DNA of 64,000 nucleotides from Candidatus Methanosuratincola verstraetei (GCA_049570475.1 CP186953.1:544001-608000); one strand, 5' to 3'. Shown: positions 48,202 to 60,420, counted from the first letter of the stretch. Numbers and translations: made by a program. The notes: generated by a model from the letters alone, not told the origin.

Positions 48202-48987
48202 TCATAGTTGGACTGGCTTGAAGGCCTTTTCCGAAGATCTGGTCCTTGAGTACAATAGTGCGAACGCCAAGGCGGCAACAAGCACAACCCCGCCTATCAA
48301 AGCGGCATTGCTGATCTCGGGCGCGACCCCTGGCTTGAGCGAGATCCCTAGCAGAGCCCAGAGGATCACGAGCAGATACACAACATCCCTCTTTGAGAAG
48401 ACTGAAATGAGTGCGATCGCAGTGGTCAGCCCAACGGCTACAATGCCCCACTGGATCTCTGAAAGACCTAGTCCATCCCATCCCAAGTAGACAAGGGCAG
48501 CGGCTATGTTCACAACGAAAGCGACAGTGATCCATCCTAGGTAGAGGCTGAAAGGCACTTGAAATACAAACCTCTCCCTGAATTGGGGCTTCAGCCTTCC
48601 TACGCCAACCACGATATATATTGCCAGGAGCGTGAGGAAGAGGGCGAGCATGGCAAAGACTGAATAGGCAATGTAGTCGTAATGCCAAAGCAGGAGCCAT
48701 GCGATGTTGAAAAGACAGCTGAGCGCAAAGAGGGGCCCAATCTTCCCCACAAAGTCTACGCTGGTTTGTCGCATGAAGAACGGGGCAATTACGAAAATCC
48801 CCAGCATGAGGTAAATTATCCCCCAGATCGAGAAGGTGATGCCCGCGGGCGTGACGGCCGTCGGGTATAGATCAGAGACCTGCGCAGTGGTCCGCCCGTT
48901 CAGGGCATACGCACTAGCCAATGCATTCACTGAAACGGTGAGCACGAACCCTACCAAGTTCAGGATCCGGAGCAAGTAAGAATTCAT
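48202..48987 (-). CDS. TspO/tryptophan-rich sensory-like membrane protein
   Basis: TPAG.TFSIWG.IY, N.AW, FSLYLGWITVA. Confidence 0.75.
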   Translation of the reverse strand: MNSYLLRILNLVGFVLTVSVNALASAYALNGRTTAQVSDLYPTAVTPAGITFSIWGIIYLMLGIFVIAPFFMRQTSVDFVGKIGPLFALSCLFNIAWLLLWHYDYIAYSVFAMLALFLTLLAIYIVVGVGRLKPQFRERFVFQVPFSLYLGWITVAFVVNIAAALVYLGWDGLGLSEIQWGIVAVGLTTAIALISVFSKRDVVYLLVILWALLGISLKPGVAPEISNAALIGGVVLVAALAFALLYSRTRSSEKAFKPVQL

Positions 48988-49218
48988 ATAACATTAATAT
49001 GTTTGAAGGCTGATTTAAAGATATACAGCAATTACAGTTTTTCTGACGGATCATTCTTACACACTCTCCTCGTTTCGCTAAAGCATTGGAGCTTAATTTC
49101 GGAACCCCATGAAGGCTGTCTTGAAAAATAGGGTGAGGCGCATTAGGATGAACCCAATGAAATCAAAACGATGAAAGAATAGGTAATTTGTTTAGTATTG
49201 GTGTGGAAGATTAAAAAA

Positions 49219-49527
49219 TTAAACCAGCTCTATCTCGATGAAAACGTCGTCAGGGACCTGGATGCGCATCATCTGCCTCATGGTCCTGTCGTCGGCGTCC
49301 ACATCGATCAGGCGCTTGTGGATCCTCATCTCCCACTTGTCCCACGTCTTAGTCCCCTCGCCGCACGGCGACTTCATCGTAGGGACCTGGAGCCTCTTGG
49401 TCGGCAACGGGACGGGCCCCGCTATCTTGACGCCGGTCTTCTCCGCTATCTTCCTGATCTGCGAGCAGACGTCCTCCAGCTTGATGTAGTCGGTGCTGCT
49501 GAGCATTATTCTTGCTTTTTGTGGCAT
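49219..49527 (-). CDS. rps10: Ribosomal protein S10
   Basis: [25 protein letters not shown]. Confidence 0.97.
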   Translation of the reverse strand: MPQKARIMLSSTDYIKLEDVCSQIRKIAEKTGVKIAGPVPLPTKRLQVPTMKSPCGEGTKTWDKWEMRIHKRLIDVDADDRTMRQMMRIQVPDDVFIEIELV

Positions 49528-49557
49528 TTTTATCAGGACTCCTCAAAAAAAGGGGGT

Positions 49558-50868
49558 TTATTTGCCAAGCGTTGCTGGCTTGACTTCGAGCACAACGCCC
49601 GCGGCCACGGTCCTACCCATATCCCTTAGGGCGAACCTTCCGAGCGGCGGGAGCTCGTTGTACTTCTCGATTACCAGTGGCTTTGTGGGCTTGAAGGTGA
49701 CGATCGCGCTGTCTCCCTGCTTCAGGAACGTCGGCTTCTCCTCTATGACTGCTCCGGTCTTGGGGTCTATCTTCTTCTCGAGCTCAAGGAAAGTGGTTGC
49801 GACTGTGGCAGTATGCACGTGGAGCACTGGGGTGTAGCCTGCAGCGATTGCTGTCGGGTGGTATAGGACGAAGATCCTGCCCTTGAAGGTGTCGGCAACC
49901 GTCGGCGGCTTCGCGGTGTCGCCGCACACGTCGCCCCTGTGGACATCGGTCTTGCCTATGCCCTTGACGTTGAAACCGATGTTGTCTCCCGGTATGGCCT
50001 GTTCTATCTTTGTGTGGTGGGTCTCGATATCCTTGACCTCGCCGCTCTTGTTCGCAGGCATGAAGACCACGGTTGTGTTCTTCTTCAGAACTCCGGTCTC
50101 GACCCTGCCGACTGGGACAGTCCCGACGCCGGTGATGGTGTAGACGTCCTGGATCGGTATCCTGAGCGGCTTGTCGATTGGCTTCTCGGGAGGCACAAAG
50201 GTGTCCAGCGCCTCGAAGAGCGTCGGGCCGGTGTACCATGGAGTGTTCTTGCTCTGCTTGATTATGTTATCGCCCTTCCATCCTGAGATCGGGATCGCCA
50301 ATATCTTTGATGTGTCGTACCCGATCATCTTGAGGAACTTCAAGACTCCGTCCTTGACCTCGTTGAACCTTGCCTGGTCATAGTTGACTGTCTGGTCGTC
50401 CATCTTGTTGACTGCAACGACCACCTGGTTGACTCCGAGGGTCTTAGCCAGGAATGCGTGTTCCCTGGTCTGTCCGCCAGGCCCCATTCCGGCCTCGTAC
50501 TCTCCCTTCTTTGCGGATATCACCAGGATCGCTGCGTCAGCCTGCGAGGCACCTGTGATCATGTTCTTGACGAAGTCCCTGTGTCCAGGCGCGTCGATGA
50601 TTGTGAAGAAGTACTTGGGGGTCTCGAACCTCCAGAAGGAGAGATCAATAGTCATGTCCCTTTCTCTCTCTTCCTTCAGCTTGTCACCCAACCAAGCGAA
50701 CTTTGCGAACTCCTTGCCGGTCTTCTTCGCCTCTTCCTCGAGAGCGGCCAGGGTTCGATCATCAAGGCCGCCTGCCAAGAACAACAGGTGTCCCACTAGA
50801 GTGCTCTTTCCGTTGTCTACGTGTCCCATGACGAGCAGATTCAGGTGTTCTTTTTTCTGGGATGACAT
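49558..50868 (-). CDS. tuf: Elongation factor EF-1 alpha
   Basis: [47 protein letters not shown]. Confidence 0.97.
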   Translation of the reverse strand: MSSQKKEHLNLLVMGHVDNGKSTLVGHLLFLAGGLDDRTLAALEEEAKKTGKEFAKFAWLGDKLKEERERDMTIDLSFWRFETPKYFFTIIDAPGHRDFVKNMITGASQADAAILVISAKKGEYEAGMGPGGQTREHAFLAKTLGVNQVVVAVNKMDDQTVNYDQARFNEVKDGVLKFLKMIGYDTSKILAIPISGWKGDNIIKQSKNTPWYTGPTLFEALDTFVPPEKPIDKPLRIPIQDVYTITGVGTVPVGRVETGVLKKNTTVVFMPANKSGEVKDIETHHTKIEQAIPGDNIGFNVKGIGKTDVHRGDVCGDTAKPPTVADTFKGRIFVLYHPTAIAAGYTPVLHVHTATVATTFLELEKKIDPKTGAVIEEKPTFLKQGDSAIVTFKPTKPLVIEKYNELPPLGRFALRDMGRTVAAGVVLEVKPATLGK

Positions 50869-50920
50869 TCATTATCGCCTCTCTCTAATACCTTGCTTTT
50901 GAAGGTTAAAAACTTTCAGT

Positions 50921-50934
50921 AATATATAAGCCTT
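50921..50934 (-). promoter_or_regulatory. BRE/TATA promoter of tuf-rps10
   Basis: AAGGC-TTATATATT on minus strand. Confidence 0.6.
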
Positions 50935-50965
50935 AAGGAAAAAGCAGGGGAGTAAGCCCTGAGGC

Positions 50966-51538
50966 TTACCTTGCGGATATGGCTATCCGCTCTATCTCCT
51001 CGCGCTTCTGAACCGCATAGCTCTTCGAGTCCCCGGATGCGGCGAGGATCAGCTCGTCCGCCAGGCACTCCTCAACGGGCTTGTTACTCCCGAAGGAGGC
51101 GTTCCTTGCAGCGTCGGTGATGAACCTGAGCGCGAGGTCTACCCTCCTCTGCGGGGAGGCGTCGACTGACTGGGGGTAAGAGACGCCCCCGTAGCTGATC
51201 CTGGTGACCTCCTCCCTCGGGGCAGAGTTCTCGATGGCCCTAACAAGGACCTGCACAGGGTTCTGCCCTGTCCTCAGGTTTATTATCTCAAAAGCCGCAG
51301 CCACGATGCTGGAAGCGAGGATCTTCTTCCCCCCGTTCTTTCCGGGGCGCATCATCCGGTTGACGAGGCGCTCAACAATATTTACCTTCGCCTTTCCGAA
51401 CCTGTTGTGCTCATGCCTCCCGCATGAGTGGGGGGCGATGGCTGGGCTCAGGCAAAGGTACGACTTGAGACCAAGATCCTTGATCTCGATGTTGGAGAGA
51501 TCCCATTTGTTGAATACCTTTATTTCTGTCTGAGACAT
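50966..51538 (-). CDS. rps7: Ribosomal protein S7
   Basis: [32 protein letters not shown]. Confidence 0.96.
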   Translation of the reverse strand: MSQTEIKVFNKWDLSNIEIKDLGLKSYLCLSPAIAPHSCGRHEHNRFGKAKVNIVERLVNRMMRPGKNGGKKILASSIVAAAFEIINLRTGQNPVQVLVRAIENSAPREEVTRISYGGVSYPQSVDASPQRRVDLALRFITDAARNASFGSNKPVEECLADELILAASGDSKSYAVQKREEIERIAISAR

Positions 51539-51545
51539 CTGCAGA

Positions 51546-51989
51546 TCACCTTACAGGCTTCTGCTTCTTTCCGGTCATCAGGGCCTGCAGCGAGACCCCA
51601 TTGATCTTGACGACCTTCCATCTGACGCCGGGGAGGTCACCCAGCGATCCTCCCATAGGGCCTCCGATACCCTCGACGATTACCTCATCGTGCTCGTCAA
51701 CAAAGTTCAGAGCGCCGTCTCCAGGGAGGAATGCGGTGATCTGCTTCCCGTTCTTGATGAGCTGGATCCTCACGCACTTCCTTACTGCGCTGTTGGGCTG
51801 CCTGCTCTCGACCCCGACCTTCTCGAGGACGATCCCCCTAGCTTGCGGGGCGCCCTCAAGCGGGTCTGCTTTCACATCAAGCCTAAGAGCCCTGCGCTTG
51901 TACTGCCTAAGGCTCCAGCGGAACCTCTTCCGCTTCTCGGACATCTTCCTGCCCGCGAGCAGACCCTTTGGCGATTTTGAACCTGCCAT
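51546..51989 (-). CDS. rps12: Ribosomal protein S12
   Basis: [26 protein letters not shown]. Confidence 0.97.
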   Translation of the reverse strand: MAGSKSPKGLLAGRKMSEKRKRFRWSLRQYKRRALRLDVKADPLEGAPQARGIVLEKVGVESRQPNSAVRKCVRIQLIKNGKQITAFLPGDGALNFVDEHDEVIVEGIGGPMGGSLGDLPGVRWKVVKINGVSLQALMTGKKQKPVR

Positions 51990-52055
51990 AGCATACACCT
52001 AGTGCGGATTTCAAAATGTACCTCAATTATTTAAGCATCACGGCTGACCGGCAGG

Positions 52056-52490
52056 TCAGACGATATTCACGTTATCTATGTCGAAGTGGCGCTTCATGAG
52101 GAGCCGGGTCTTGTTGATGTTCTTCCCGTTCTTTCCTATCGCCATCCCCTTGTCCCTCGGGTCGACCGTGACATGGGCGACGGTCTGGCCCTCCGAGTTC
52201 TTGGTGATCCTGACCCCTCTGACCTTTGCAGGGGAGAGGATGTTCTTCAGGTAATCCTCAGGGGTCTCGGCATACTCAACTATCTCGACAGCCCTCCCAA
52301 TGACCTTCCGGGTCCTCTCAATATTCGACCCGTTCTTGCCGATCGCGAGCCCCATGTCCCCGGGCCTGATCACGAAGATAATCCTGTTCTCCTCGTCGTC
52401 GACTATGCAGTCCTTTGCAATGGCGCCGGTGAGGTTCTCCAAGAGTGCGATGTAGCGCATCTCGTCAGCGGTTAGCCTTATGTTCGGTAT
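52056..52490 (-). CDS. nusA: Archaeal NusA (KH domains); start probably ATA at 52490, first ATG at 52460
   Basis: AIGKNG twice; upstream in-frame (I/M)PNIRLTADEMRYI resembles the usual N-terminus. Confidence 0.92.
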   Translation of the reverse strand: MPNIRLTADEMRYIALLENLTGAIAKDCIVDDEENRIIFVIRPGDMGLAIGKNGSNIERTRKVIGRAVEIVEYAETPEDYLKNILSPAKVRGVRITKNSEGQTVAHVTVDPRDKGMAIGKNGKNINKTRLLMKRHFDIDNVNIV

Positions 52491-52494
52491 AGAG

Positions 52495-52791
52495 TCATTC
52501 CCCCTCTGGCTTCAGTATCGAGGACTCTCCGGGCTCGATGATGCTCACGGTTGAGACCGGGAAAGGCTTTCCGCAGAGCCCGCCTAGGTCCCAGCTCGAT
52601 CCAGGGAATTGGTAGACAGGTATCCCCTCGCCTGCAACGGCCCTGACCTTTGAGGTCACTTCCTCGGGGGCATTCGACGCCAGAACGAGTGCCTTGACCT
52701 TCTTCTTTGAGACTAGCTTCAGCGCCATCTTGTATCCGGTCTCGACCTTCCCGGTTTTTATGGCTGTCTTAAGTTCCTTGACTATGTCCAT
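52495..52791 (-). CDS. rpl30e: Ribosomal protein L30e
   Basis: KTGKV..G, LA.N.P, LG.LCGKPF, PGES.IL. Confidence 0.94.
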   Translation of the reverse strand: MDIVKELKTAIKTGKVETGYKMALKLVSKKKVKALVLASNAPEEVTSKVRAVAGEGIPVYQFPGSSWDLGGLCGKPFPVSTVSIIEPGESSILKPEGE

Positions 52792-52792
52792 A

Positions 52793-54184
52793 TCATGAAC
52801 CCTCTTTTGAGAAGCGCATAAACAATTCGACTATGCCTGTACCTAGAGGTACTGGCTGGCCGACTATAACGTTTTCTGTTACTCCCTCCAGTGCATCCTC
52901 CTCTCCATGTGCTGCCGCATCCAATAAATGCTTTACGGTAACCTCGAAGGCGGCCCTCGCGAGGACGCTCGACTTCTCGCCGCTGACCCCGTGCCTCCCT
53001 ATCTGCCTGATCTTGCCTGTGGAGGTCATCAGGTCGGCGACGAGTATCACATGCCGGATGTCTACGTCGAGGCCCTGCTGATCAAGCACCTGGAAGGCTT
53101 CCCTGATTATTGCGTTCCTTGCAGCCTCTATGCCCAAAATCTCCGCGATCTCGGAGATGTTGTTCGTATAGATCCTTGTTGTGTCTATGCCCTTGATTCC
53201 GAGCACCTGGGCGAGGTTTGATCCGTCGGTATGGAGGACGTACTCGTTGTCCTCCTTCTGGATCACCACCCTCTTGATCCCCTTAATCCCCTTCAGCCTG
53301 AGGTCGAGGATCCGCTCGCGGAGTCTCTTGATCTTCTCCGGCGCGGTAGTCTCTGGGCTGATGACTATGCTGTTCCCCTCGATGGACACCTTGCCAACCT
53401 TCAGCTTCTCAATCGACTTTGCTATGAAGTCCAGGTCCAGCCCTTTGTCCTCTGCCACTTCAGCGTCTATTTCGACTATGAATGAGGAGTTGATCATGTC
53501 GTATTCGATGCTCCTTGCGACATTCTCGACGGCAATCCTCTCGATCCTTGCCACGACCTCCTTTGCCTTCTCCAAGCTCCCCCGGTGCTCCTCGTCCAGG
53601 TATATTGTCATCGTCGGAGTGGAGGGGATCCGCCTGGCATCGACTATCTCTATGAGCCTGGGCAGACCAAGGGTTACGTTCAGCTCCCTGACCCCCGCGT
53701 AGTGGAATGTCCTCAGCGTCATCTGCGTCCCCGGCTCGCCCACGGACTGGGCTGCAACCGTGCCCGCGGCCTCCCCTGGCTCTATCAGTGCCTTCACATA
53801 TGCGCTGTTGACCTCTTCGACGATCCTTGCCAGCTGTTCAGCCGACAGGTCTAGCCCAGAGGTCTTCTCCTTCAACTGCACGACCAGGTTCTCCGGGAGG
53901 TTGTACTTGGCGAGCAGGCTGTCCAGGATCGCGGATTTGTCGGACTTCTGCTGGCACTCTTGCCCAGGAGGCTGCTGGGCCTGATCTCCTGCGGCTTTTT
54001 CCGGCGCCGCGACGCCCGCGCCCTCCTTTTCCTTGGCTTTCTTTGCCTTCTTCTCCTCTGGCTTTGCCTTTGCCTTTGTTTTCGACTTCTTAGCGCTGCC
54101 TTTCTCGCTCTCTTTCTCTGCCTGCGGTTCTGTACCGGTCTCCTTTGTCTCCTCAACTGAGCCTTCTGACCTTTCCTCTGCCAT
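52793..54184 (-). CDS. rpoA2: RNA polymerase subunit A'' with ~80-aa charged N-terminal extension
   Basis: [39 protein letters not shown]. Confidence 0.96.
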   Translation of the reverse strand: MAEERSEGSVEETKETGTEPQAEKESEKGSAKKSKTKAKAKPEEKKAKKAKEKEGAGVAAPEKAAGDQAQQPPGQECQQKSDKSAILDSLLAKYNLPENLVVQLKEKTSGLDLSAEQLARIVEEVNSAYVKALIEPGEAAGTVAAQSVGEPGTQMTLRTFHYAGVRELNVTLGLPRLIEIVDARRIPSTPTMTIYLDEEHRGSLEKAKEVVARIERIAVENVARSIEYDMINSSFIVEIDAEVAEDKGLDLDFIAKSIEKLKVGKVSIEGNSIVISPETTAPEKIKRLRERILDLRLKGIKGIKRVVIQKEDNEYVLHTDGSNLAQVLGIKGIDTTRIYTNNISEIAEILGIEAARNAIIREAFQVLDQQGLDVDIRHVILVADLMTSTGKIRQIGRHGVSGEKSSVLARAAFEVTVKHLLDAAAHGEEDALEGVTENVIVGQPVPLGTGIVELFMRFSKEGS

Positions 54185-54185
54185 A

Positions 54186-56843
54186 TCAGCTGCCTCCTGC
54201 CTTCACGACCCTCTCAATGATCTTCTCCACGTTCACTGCCTTGCCATGGTCGCTCTTTGCCGGGTCAACGCCGTCCTCACCGTACTTGAATTGGATGATC
54301 GACCCGTCCGTGCCCCTCACCGTCAGGTCGTACTCGACACGCACGTCCTGCAGGGCGTTGATCAGCCTCCGCTGCATGTAGCCGCTCTGGCTTGTCCTTA
54401 CGGCAGTGTCGACCAGACCTTCCCTACCTCCCATCGCGTGGAAGAAGAATTCGATCGGGTTGAGCTTGTCCTTGTAGCTGCTGTAGACGAAGCCGTGTGC
54501 CTCGGCCCCAAGGTCGCCCTGCTTGAAGTGGGGGAGGGTCCTGTTCATGTATCCCCTCATGATCCTCTCGCCTCGGACCGACTGCTGCCCAACGCACGCG
54601 ACCATGTGCGCGAGGTTCATCAGGCTACCCCTCGCACCAGTCCTGGCCATGAGGAGCGCTGTGTTGGAATCCTTCAGGTACTGGCTTGCAATCTCCCCTG
54701 CAAGCTCCCTGGCCTCCTCGAGCTCCTGCATGATCTTCGTCTCAAGCGTCTCCTCGAGCGTCCGTCCTGCGAGTCGCTCCAGGAGCCCCTGGTTGTAGAT
54801 GTCGATCAGCTCGGATACCTTCGCCTCAGCCTGCCTGATCACCTCAAGAACCTTCTTCTTTGCCTCTGCAGGGAGCTCCTCGTCGTCGAGGCCAATCGTC
54901 AGCCCGCGGCTGTCGATGTAAGCCAGGAAGAGCTTGAATGCCCTGTCTATGTAGTCCCTCCCTGCGTCAGTACCATAGTCCTTGATTAGCCTGTGGAGGA
55001 CGCTCTCGGGCTGACCTGCGCCGATCGACTTCTTGTCAATGACTCCTTTTATGAGCTTCCCGTCCCTTATCACGACGTAGGCATCGTTCTCGCACTCCTC
55101 CTTCTTGCAGGTCGGGCATTTGAGGCAGACATTGGACTTGAGCGAGTAGTTGAACCCCTTCGGGAAGAAGAGGCTCGCCAGCTGCTTCCCGGTCCAGAGC
55201 TCCTTCGGCTCGCTTATCTCGGGCGGGGGGAGCTCTCCGGTGTAGCCTGCCCTAGCGAGAAGCTGCGAGGCCTCTTCCCTGGTGAGCAACGTCCCCTTCC
55301 TAGTGAGCATGTACGCGCCAGAGATATAGTCCTGTATCCCGCCCATGATAGGGCCACCGTACCTCGGGGAGAGTATCTGCTCCTGGACGAGCATCAGGAC
55401 GCCTGCCTCAGCCCTAGCCTCCTCGCTCTGGGGGACATGCAGGTTCATCTCGTCCCCGTCAAAGTCGGCGTTGTAGGGCGGGCAGACGCAAAGGTTGAGC
55501 CTGAAGGTCTTGTACGGCAGGACCCTGACCTTGTGCGCCATTATGGACATCCTGTGGAGCGACGGCTGCCTGTTGAAGAGGACGATGTCGCCATCCTTCA
55601 GGTGGCGCTCTACGATGTAGCCGATCTCGACGGCATCCGCTATCGACTTCCTGTCCTTCGGGAACCTGAGGTCGATCCTCCTTCCGTCTGGTCTGATTAT
55701 GTAGTTCGCGCCGGGGTGGACGTCCGGGCCGTTCTCGATGAGGCGCTTCACCTGATCCATGTTGTATGGGTTTATCCTTTCAGGTATCGTCAGGAGCTTC
55801 GCCACATCTATTGGAACGCCCACCTCGTTGATGCTGATTATTGGGTCCGGGGATATCACCGTCCTGGCGGAGAAGTCGACGCGCTTGCCCGAAAGGTTCG
55901 ACCTGAACCTCCCCTCCTTGCCCTTGAGCCTCTGAGCCAAAGTCCTCAGCGGCCTTCCAGATCGATGGCGCGCCGGCGGGATCCCCGAGGTCTCGTTGTC
56001 GAAGTATGTCGTCACATGGTACTGGAGCAGCTCCCAGAGGTCCTCGATGATGAGCTGCGGGGCGCCTGCATCGACATTGTCCTTTAGGCGCTCGTTTATC
56101 CTTATGATGTCTACGAGCTTGTGCGTCAGGTCGTCCTCAGACCTGATGCCTGACTCGAGCGTGATCGATGGGCGCACCGCCGATGGGGGAACGGGCAAGA
56201 CTGTGAGCACCATCCACTCTGGCCTGGCTATGCGCGGATCAAGGCCCATGAGCTTCACGTCCGAGTCGGTTATCCTCTCGAGCCTCGACCTGATCTCGTT
56301 GGGGGCTAGCTTCACGGTGCCCTCCTTGTGCTCCTCGTAGTAGGTGGTCGGCTTCTCGAACTTGAGCTTGTACTGGGCCTCCCCGCAGTGGGGGCACTCC
56401 GTGTTCTTGGAGGCCCTCCGGATGACCCTCTCGGCGAGCCTGAGCCTCAGCTGAGGCCACTTCCTCTGGTACCTCTCCATCAGCAGGGCGTACTTTTCGA
56501 CCTCTTCCTTGGTGAGCAGTATCCTGCCGCAGTTCCAGCAAGTGGACTTGAGCAGGTTGTAGACGAGCTTGGCGAAGCCCGGATGGACCACGGGGCGGGC
56601 CAGCTCGATGTGGCCGAAGTGACCGGGGCACTGCCCGACCCGGTTCCCGCAGGTCTGGCATTTCTGCCCGGGCTCGATTGTGCCGAGCCTCCTGTCCATG
56701 AGGCCGGCCTCGATGGGTATGCCGTCCTCGTCGTAGGTGTCGGCAGTCACTATGTTCACTACCGACATCTTCCTTATCTCTTCAGGCGAAAGCACGCCGA
56801 ACTTGATTGACTTGATCGATTTGATCAGCTCGTAGAACGACAT
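54186..56843 (-). CDS. rpoA1: RNA polymerase subunit A'
   Basis: [39 protein letters not shown]. Confidence 0.98.
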   Translation of the reverse strand: MSFYELIKSIKSIKFGVLSPEEIRKMSVVNIVTADTYDEDGIPIEAGLMDRRLGTIEPGQKCQTCGNRVGQCPGHFGHIELARPVVHPGFAKLVYNLLKSTCWNCGRILLTKEEVEKYALLMERYQRKWPQLRLRLAERVIRRASKNTECPHCGEAQYKLKFEKPTTYYEEHKEGTVKLAPNEIRSRLERITDSDVKLMGLDPRIARPEWMVLTVLPVPPSAVRPSITLESGIRSEDDLTHKLVDIIRINERLKDNVDAGAPQLIIEDLWELLQYHVTTYFDNETSGIPPARHRSGRPLRTLAQRLKGKEGRFRSNLSGKRVDFSARTVISPDPIISINEVGVPIDVAKLLTIPERINPYNMDQVKRLIENGPDVHPGANYIIRPDGRRIDLRFPKDRKSIADAVEIGYIVERHLKDGDIVLFNRQPSLHRMSIMAHKVRVLPYKTFRLNLCVCPPYNADFDGDEMNLHVPQSEEARAEAGVLMLVQEQILSPRYGGPIMGGIQDYISGAYMLTRKGTLLTREEASQLLARAGYTGELPPPEISEPKELWTGKQLASLFFPKGFNYSLKSNVCLKCPTCKKEECENDAYVVIRDGKLIKGVIDKKSIGAGQPESVLHRLIKDYGTDAGRDYIDRAFKLFLAYIDSRGLTIGLDDEELPAEAKKKVLEVIRQAEAKVSELIDIYNQGLLERLAGRTLEETLETKIMQELEEARELAGEIASQYLKDSNTALLMARTGARGSLMNLAHMVACVGQQSVRGERIMRGYMNRTLPHFKQGDLGAEAHGFVYSSYKDKLNPIEFFFHAMGGREGLVDTAVRTSQSGYMQRRLINALQDVRVEYDLTVRGTDGSIIQFKYGEDGVDPAKSDHGKAVNVEKIIERVVKAGGS

Positions 56844-56845
56844 CC

Positions 56846-59800
56846 TCAGACCCTCTCCTCCAGTTTAAGCCTTGGGGCTATCCCGAGGCTCATGAGCTCC
56901 TGCAGCAGCAGCTTGAAGGCGTACGACATGACCACTGTGGTCGTCTTCGCCTTATCGCCGCAGACTGGGCAGACGTACCTGTCTTTTACCCTGTCGTAGT
57001 AGGCTATGAGTCCGCAGTCCTCGCAGATGTGCACCGAGCTCCTGTCGGACTCGTCGAGGAGCCTCTCCTTCAAGAGCATGGCTGCGCCGTGACCTATGAG
57101 GCAGTCGCGCTCCATCTCCCCGAACCTGAGACCTCCTTCCCTCGCCCTGCCCTCGGTGGGCTGCCTCGTGAGTATCTGTACCGGACCCCTCGCGCGTGCG
57201 TGCATCTTGTCTGCAACCATGTGGTGGAGCTTGAGGTAATAGGCGATGCCGATGAAGACCTCTGCCTCCAGCACCCTTCCGGTCCGGCCGTCGTACATTA
57301 TCTCCTTGCCTGTGGATTTGAACCCGCTCTTGCTAAGCAGCTCCCTCATGTAGCGCTCATCCGTCCCGCAGAATGCAGTGCCGTCAATCTGCTCACCCGA
57401 GACCGCGGAGGCCTTGCCCCCGAGTAGCTCCAGCAGCTGCCCCAAGGTCATTCGCGACGGGATTGCGTGTGGGTTGATTATCAGGTCCGGGACCACGCCG
57501 TCCTCGGTGTACGGCATGTCGTACTGGGGGACTAGCATCCCGACGACGCCCTTCTGCCCGTGCCTGGAAGCGAACTTGTCGCCAAGCTCAGGTACACGCT
57601 CATTCCTGACCCTGATCTTGATCAGCTTGTTGCCGTCGGATGTCTCTGTAACGATGACGAGGTCTACGACGCCATCCTCGCCGGCCCTCATGGAGACGGA
57701 GGTCTCCCTCCTCATGGGGCCCGTCGTCTCGAACTCCCTGTACTCCTCGAGGAACCTTGGCGGGCTTGTCTTGCCTATCAGGACGTCGCCGCCGCTTATC
57801 GTAGACTCGGGCTCAATTATGCCGTCGTCTCCGAGGAACCTGTAGGACTCGGCTGTCCTGTAGCCCCTCACGTCCGGGTTCGGGATCTCCACCTTGTCCT
57901 CCTGTCCACCCGGGTACCTCCTCTCCTCGGTCTCGTAGCACCTGAAGAACGAAGACCTGCCGAGGCCCCTCTCGACCGATGACTTGTTCATTATCAGGGC
58001 ATCCTCTATGTTGTAGCCCGAATAGGAGAGTATCGCGACCACAAAGTTCTGGCCCGCGGGGCGCCTGTCCAGAGCCAGCATTTTCGCCGGCCGGGTGTTG
58101 ACCAACGGCTTCTGCGGGTAGTGGAGAAGGTGGCCCCTCGTGTCGAGCCGCTTGGAGAAGTTTGCGGCGTAGAAGCCCAGCGACTGCTTGACCATCGCCG
58201 ATCCGTAGGTGTTCCTGGGGGACTGGTTAGCCTCGAGGTATGGTATCATCGAGGCGCTGATCCCCAAGATCGTGGACGGGACGATCTCCATGTGGGTCCG
58301 TTCCCTGTCCAGGTGCTTCGAGTCGAGGGCAATGTAGGAATTCTCCTCCTCTTCGGCGTCGAGGTACTCGACTATGCCCTGGGTGATCAGGTCGTTCCAG
58401 GTCCACTCGCCAGAGACCAGTTTCTGGATGTGATCCATCGTCAGGCGCGGGACGCCGTTGTCAACAATGAGGAGCGGGCGCCTCACCCTGCCCGCGTCGC
58501 AGTTGACATAGACCTCGTTAATGCTACCGTACCTGTAGTGCGCCACATTCACCTCGTGGTGGAGCTTGCCCCTCCGCCTGAGCCTCCTCAAGTCAGCGAC
58601 GAGGAGCTCGGGCTTCTGGTGAATCCCGATCAGCCTGCCGTTGAGAATTACCTTGGCCCCTGTGATCCCTTGCTTCCGGGCATTCTCCACGGGCTCGGTG
58701 TTGAGCTCATACAGGAGCTCCTCGACCGGGCGCTCGTCGATGCCAACGGATATGAATGCCATCAGCGCGAGGTTCTTGACCAGCCCGCAGTTCGGCCCCT
58801 CGGGGGTCTCGCTCGGGCAGAGCCTTCCCCATTGGGTCGAATGAAGGTCGCGTGCCTCGAAGTGGGGCTGAGACCTGCTCAGCGGCGAGATTATCCTCCT
58901 CAGGTGTCCGATCGTCGAGAGGTAGTTGGTCCTGTCGAGGAGCTGGCTCACGCCTGCCTTTCCTCCTACCCAGTTCCCGGTCGCCAGCGCGTGCCTCAGC
59001 CTCTCGGTGATTACGTCGGCCCTTACAAGCGTCTGGATCGAGACCTTCCGGCTCCTGCTCTTCGCCCGCTCCAGCTGGTACTTCATGTCGCGGCAGAAGC
59101 TCTTGAAGGCGACCCTGAAGAGGCCTGCGAGCAGATCCCCGGCGAGCTTTAGCCTCTTGTTGGCATAGTGGTCCTTGTCATCAGGCGACCTCATGCCAAG
59201 GGATAGCTCGATCAGCTTCTCGGCCATCTGTCCGAGGTACAGAGCCTTCTTCTTCCGGTCTGCGGGGGTAAGCCCAAGGTGCGGGAGCAGGTACTTGTCG
59301 AGGACCTGCATCGCGCGCTCGATCCTGTACTCCTTGGTCTGCCCTATCGCGATCCTGTTGCCTATGTAGTCCAGCGCGTCCTCAACTGTGTTGATCTCGA
59401 TTGCGCCCTCGAGGGTCGGTATCATGGCCCGCTGGATGGCTGGGTCCCCCGAGACGAACTCGACAATCTCCTTGTCCGAGGACGCCCCGAGAGCCTTCAT
59501 CAGTATTGCGAGCGAGATCCTCCCTGGGATGGACGGGAAGGAGACCTGGAATGTTGCGTCCTTCATCCTCTCGAGCGTGAAAGGGACCCTGAAGCCCGAG
59601 GTAGCCGAGAAGACCTTTGCTACATGGGTTACTGGAGATGCGCCCTCCATCACGTCGACAAGGATACGGTTGACTGCCAGGTCCTCCTGGATCACCACGA
59701 CCCTCTCGGATCCGTTGATTATGAAGTATCCTCCTGGATCCGCGGGATCCTCTCCGTTCGCGATCAGCTCCTGTGGGGAGAGCCGCGAGAGGTTGCAGAA

Positions 59801-60184
59801 CGAAGACTTGACCATGATCGGCAGCTTACCGATGAAGACTGAGACCTCCTCGTCCTCGAAGCCGTCCTCGATCGGCGTCACCTTGAGGTGCAGCGAGGCG
59901 GAGTAGGTGAGGTTCCTCTGGCGGGCCTCCATCGGGAATATCTCCTTCTCGGATCCGTCGGCCTCGTGTATGGCCGGCTTGCCCACCGTGATCTTTCCCA
60001 GCTTGATCTTGAAGCCAGGGAGATCAGTCTCGATCACCCCCTGCTCATCAACAACCTCCTGCAGCTTTGTCCTCACGAAGTCATCATACGAGTCTAGGTG
60101 CTGCCTGACCAGACCCTTTTCCCTGAAGAAAGCCTCTATCAGGGACCATCTGTCATCCATGCTGATCTCGCTCAAAAATATCAC
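56846..60184 (-). CDS. rpoB: RNA polymerase subunit B (unsplit)
   Basis: [37 protein letters not shown]. Confidence 0.98.
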   Translation of the reverse strand: MIFLSEISMDDRWSLIEAFFREKGLVRQHLDSYDDFVRTKLQEVVDEQGVIETDLPGFKIKLGKITVGKPAIHEADGSEKEIFPMEARQRNLTYSASLHLKVTPIEDGFEDEEVSVFIGKLPIMVKSSFCNLSRLSPQELIANGEDPADPGGYFIINGSERVVVIQEDLAVNRILVDVMEGASPVTHVAKVFSATSGFRVPFTLERMKDATFQVSFPSIPGRISLAILMKALGASSDKEIVEFVSGDPAIQRAMIPTLEGAIEINTVEDALDYIGNRIAIGQTKEYRIERAMQVLDKYLLPHLGLTPADRKKKALYLGQMAEKLIELSLGMRSPDDKDHYANKRLKLAGDLLAGLFRVAFKSFCRDMKYQLERAKSRSRKVSIQTLVRADVITERLRHALATGNWVGGKAGVSQLLDRTNYLSTIGHLRRIISPLSRSQPHFEARDLHSTQWGRLCPSETPEGPNCGLVKNLALMAFISVGIDERPVEELLYELNTEPVENARKQGITGAKVILNGRLIGIHQKPELLVADLRRLRRRGKLHHEVNVAHYRYGSINEVYVNCDAGRVRRPLLIVDNGVPRLTMDHIQKLVSGEWTWNDLITQGIVEYLDAEEEENSYIALDSKHLDRERTHMEIVPSTILGISASMIPYLEANQSPRNTYGSAMVKQSLGFYAANFSKRLDTRGHLLHYPQKPLVNTRPAKMLALDRRPAGQNFVVAILSYSGYNIEDALIMNKSSVERGLGRSSFFRCYETEERRYPGGQEDKVEIPNPDVRGYRTAESYRFLGDDGIIEPESTISGGDVLIGKTSPPRFLEEYREFETTGPMRRETSVSMRAGEDGVVDLVIVTETSDGNKLIKIRVRNERVPELGDKFASRHGQKGVVGMLVPQYDMPYTEDGVVPDLIINPHAIPSRMTLGQLLELLGGKASAVSGEQIDGTAFCGTDERYMRELLSKSGFKSTGKEIMYDGRTGRVLEAEVFIGIAYYLKLHHMVADKMHARARGPVQILTRQPTEGRAREGGLRFGEMERDCLIGHGAAMLLKERLLDESDRSSVHICEDCGLIAYYDRVKDRYVCPVCGDKAKTTTVVMSYAFKLLLQELMSLGIAPRLKLEERV

Positions 60185-60420
60185 CCTGGAACAACATACC
60201 TATAAGCCACTGACTTCCCGGCCACGGGGCTCTTCCGGATAATCTCTACCACGTCCCCTGGCTTCGCCCCTATCGCCTTGCTGACTGGGTCGCTCTTCAG
60301 CATCCACGGCAGGTCTTCCTTCCTGACGCCCAAATCCTTCCTCAGCTGCTCAACCTCTTCCTTTGTCATGATTCGGAACTGCGGCACGAGCTCGTGTTTC
60401 AAAAGATCGAACTTGCCCAA
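60181..60420 (-). CDS. rpoH: RNA polymerase subunit H (Rpo5)
   Basis: HELVP, LPW...DP, GDV..I.RKS..AG....YRYV. Confidence 0.95.
   Translation of the reverse strand: MGKFDLLKHELVPQFRIMTKEEVEQLRKDLGVRKEDLPWMLKSDPVSKAIGAKPGDVVEIIRKSPVAGKSVAYRYVVPG

Noticed and set aside
44940-49218. Integrated element at the tRNA-Ser 3' end
   Set aside because: No integrase and no repeat of the tRNA 3' end seen by eye
50869-50965. EF-2 missing between rps7 and tuf
   Set aside because: Ordinary arrangement in Crenarchaeota and relatives
43166-59152. Long antisense ORFs (e.g. 43166-44212, 54993-56087, 58121-59152)
   Set aside because: Shadows of GC-rich conserved genes (rtcB, rpoA', rpoB) with no motifs
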